Of a DNA stretch of 32,000 nucleotides, positions 30,865 through 32,000 are shown in pieces. Under the pieces are notes generated by a model, which was not told where the DNA came from, ran no database searches, and saw only the letters and a list, made by a program, of their open reading frames with translations. The stretch lies in contig NZ_CP042911.1 in NCBI RefSeq assembly GCF_008065095.1, forward strand, positions 450,001 to 482,000. Direction: 5' to 3'. Within the stretch, counting starts at the first letter, position 1; every line of letters begins with the position of its first letter. The DNA comes from Gemmata obscuriglobus. Lineage in GTDB: Bacteria; Planctomycetota; Planctomycetia; Gemmatales; Gemmataceae. The position numbers and the translations under genes are program-made.

Positions 30865-31862
30865 CCTTGACGCCGGCCGATCTGGACCTGTCGCCGCCCG
30901 CCGCGGCGCGGCTGGAAGAGTACCTCGGGCAGGTGCGCGGGGCGCTGGCCGGGGCGCCGGACGTGAGCGCCGGCGACATCGAGTCCGACCTCCGCGAGCA
31001 CGTCGCGAACGAACTGAGCGCGGCCCCGAAGCCGGTCGCGCTCGCGGCGCTGAGCGCGGTCCTCGAACAACTCGGCCCGCCGGCGCAATGGGGCGCGGCC
31101 CCGGACCCGGCGGCGTTCCACGGGGTCCGGCACCTGCTCCGCGAGCACCTCCGGGGGGCGCGAACCGCCGCCGCGGCGGGCGCCCGGCGGGTCCGGCTCA
31201 CGCTGTGGAGCGGGCCGGAGGACTGGCGCCTCGCGTACCTGTCGTTCGGGGTGCTCGCGGTCGGGCTGGTCACGATGGTCGTGTTCCCGCTGGCGCTGCT
31301 CCTGAGTTACCTGCTCTCGCGCGCCGGGATCGCGCACGCCCGCGAGCGCGGCATCGACCTCGGCGCCGGGCGGAAGTGGCTGCTGTACCCGCCGGTGGTG
31401 CTGGTGAGCGCGACGCTGCTGCTCGCGGCGGTGATGTGGCCGGTCGCCCTCGGGCTGGTGGCCGGCGCGCAGGTCGAACAGGCGCAGTGGCGACTCGCCC
31501 AGTCTTACGAGCCCCACGCGCTCCCGTCGCTGGAGGAGTTGCGGGCACCGCCCTCGGACCGCTGGCTCACGAGCGCGTCGCGGCAACAGAAGGAGGACCG
31601 CAAGTTACTGATGATGATACCCGTCGCGCCGGACCTGGCACAAATCGCGGCGGGGCTGTTCGCCGGGGCCGGTGCTGCCGCGTTCTGGTGGATGGTCCTG
31701 GGCGCGGCGGGCGCGAACTTCCCGGGCGCGGTGCGGGCGACGTTCTTCCCGCTGTGCAACCGGTTCGAGCCCCATCACGGGACCTGGCTCGCGGTCGTGT
31801 GCTTCCTGCTCCTGCTCCCCTGGCTCGCCGCGGCGCGCGAGTTCGTCGCGGCGCTGCTGTGA
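30861..31862 (+). CDS. Polytopic membrane protein with N-terminal HAAS/DUF1700-like domain, PadR partner
   Basis: The ATG at 30861 overlaps the padR stop (ATGA). N-terminal AAARLEEYLGQVRGALAGAPDVSAGDIESDLREHVANEL has the pattern of PadR-associated DUF1700/HAAS proteins. Several hydrophobic helices follow. The track start (30573) is an over-extension in another frame relative to padR. Confidence 0.6.
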   Translation: MTLTPADLDLSPPAAARLEEYLGQVRGALAGAPDVSAGDIESDLREHVANELSAAPKPVALAALSAVLEQLGPPAQWGAAPDPAAFHGVRHLLREHLRGARTAAAAGARRVRLTLWSGPEDWRLAYLSFGVLAVGLVTMVVFPLALLLSYLLSRAGIAHARERGIDLGAGRKWLLYPPVVLVSATLLLAAVMWPVALGLVAGAQVEQAQWRLAQSYEPHALPSLEELRAPPSDRWLTSASRQQKEDRKLLMMIPVAPDLAQIAAGLFAGAGAAAFWWMVLGAAGANFPGAVRATFFPLCNRFEPHHGTWLAVVCFLLLLPWLAAAREFVAALL

Positions 31863-32000
31863 GCGGCCCCGATCCCGGAGACCAAATCACGCGGCTCAAT
31901 GTCGAGAGCCTGATTCACGGTCCGGCTGGTGGTGCCGGTGCCACAAAGACAAAACTCAAAACGGACACCAACAGCCGGCTTGTGTATGAGAGCCCGCGCC

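Noticed and set aside
31986-32000. Possible CDS start (ATG AGA GCC CGC GCC, MRARA...) running off the right edge, preceded by an A/C-rich leader
   Set aside because: Only five codons are visible, so it cannot be supported from this window.
31915-32000. Possible 3' end of a minus-strand gene entering from the right edge (...LLVSVLSFVFVAPAPPAGP, stop at 31915-31917)
   Set aside because: Only 28 codons are visible, third-position GC is low, and no motif is present. The evidence is insufficient.
1-32000. tRNA, rRNA, tmRNA, RNase P and SRP RNA genes
   Set aside because: I scanned the intergenic regions by eye for T-loop (GGTTCGAATCC-like) and other conserved cores and found none. This is not a substitute for tRNAscan/Infernal.

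Overview
This is a very GC-rich bacterial chromosomal segment; real genes have almost only G/C at third codon positions. It most likely comes from a planctomycete of the Gemmata/Gemmataceae type. That is an inference from gene content: a PSCyt/DUF1549/DUF1553 + DUF1501 pair, an ECF sigma + Ser/Thr kinase pair, and low-complexity/HEAT proteins. No homology search was possible, so all family calls come from motifs read in the translations.

I support 22 protein-coding genes and found no rRNA, tRNA or CRISPR. From left to right:
- (1) An ABC-type tripartite efflux cluster on the minus strand: TetR, HlyD adaptor, a stand-alone ATPase and two different FtsX permeases. The last permease runs off the left edge and is missing from the ORF track. 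A TolC-like lipoprotein gene is transcribed divergently.
- (2) A PSCyt/DUF1553 gene, a small GspF-like membrane gene and a DUF1501 gene.
- (3) A secreted serine-hydrolase (beta-lactamase fold) fused to a VanX-type D-Ala-D-Ala dipeptidase.
- (4) An ECF sigma factor and a membrane Ser/Thr kinase, divergent from a secreted HEAT protein with FG/RGG-type low complexity.
- (5) A membrane protein with two duplicated CxxCH modules.
- (6) An NrnA-like DHH phosphoesterase.
- (7) A TetR-MFP-RND efflux operon.
- (8) A DUF4058-like gene, then PadR plus a HAAS-type membrane partner.

The most unusual sequence-level signals sit in the RND operon:
- A four-helix-bundle (23S-rRNA-IVS-protein family) gene lies between the MFP and RND genes. 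It is flanked by duplicated, mutually inverted 69-nt repeats, forming an IVS-like cassette.
- A 33-nt repeat occurs in opposite orientations in the MFP 5' region and inside the RND ORF. In the RND gene it forms an in-frame insert of about 120 bp flanked by terminal inverted repeats.

Other candidates:
- An ECF-sigma/kinase module with an ECF-type promoter facing the divergent low-complexity gene.
- A 35-bp-arm inverted repeat in a convergent gap.
- A near-consensus leaderless promoter for padR.

The many long antisense ORFs in the track are GC artefacts and are rejected.
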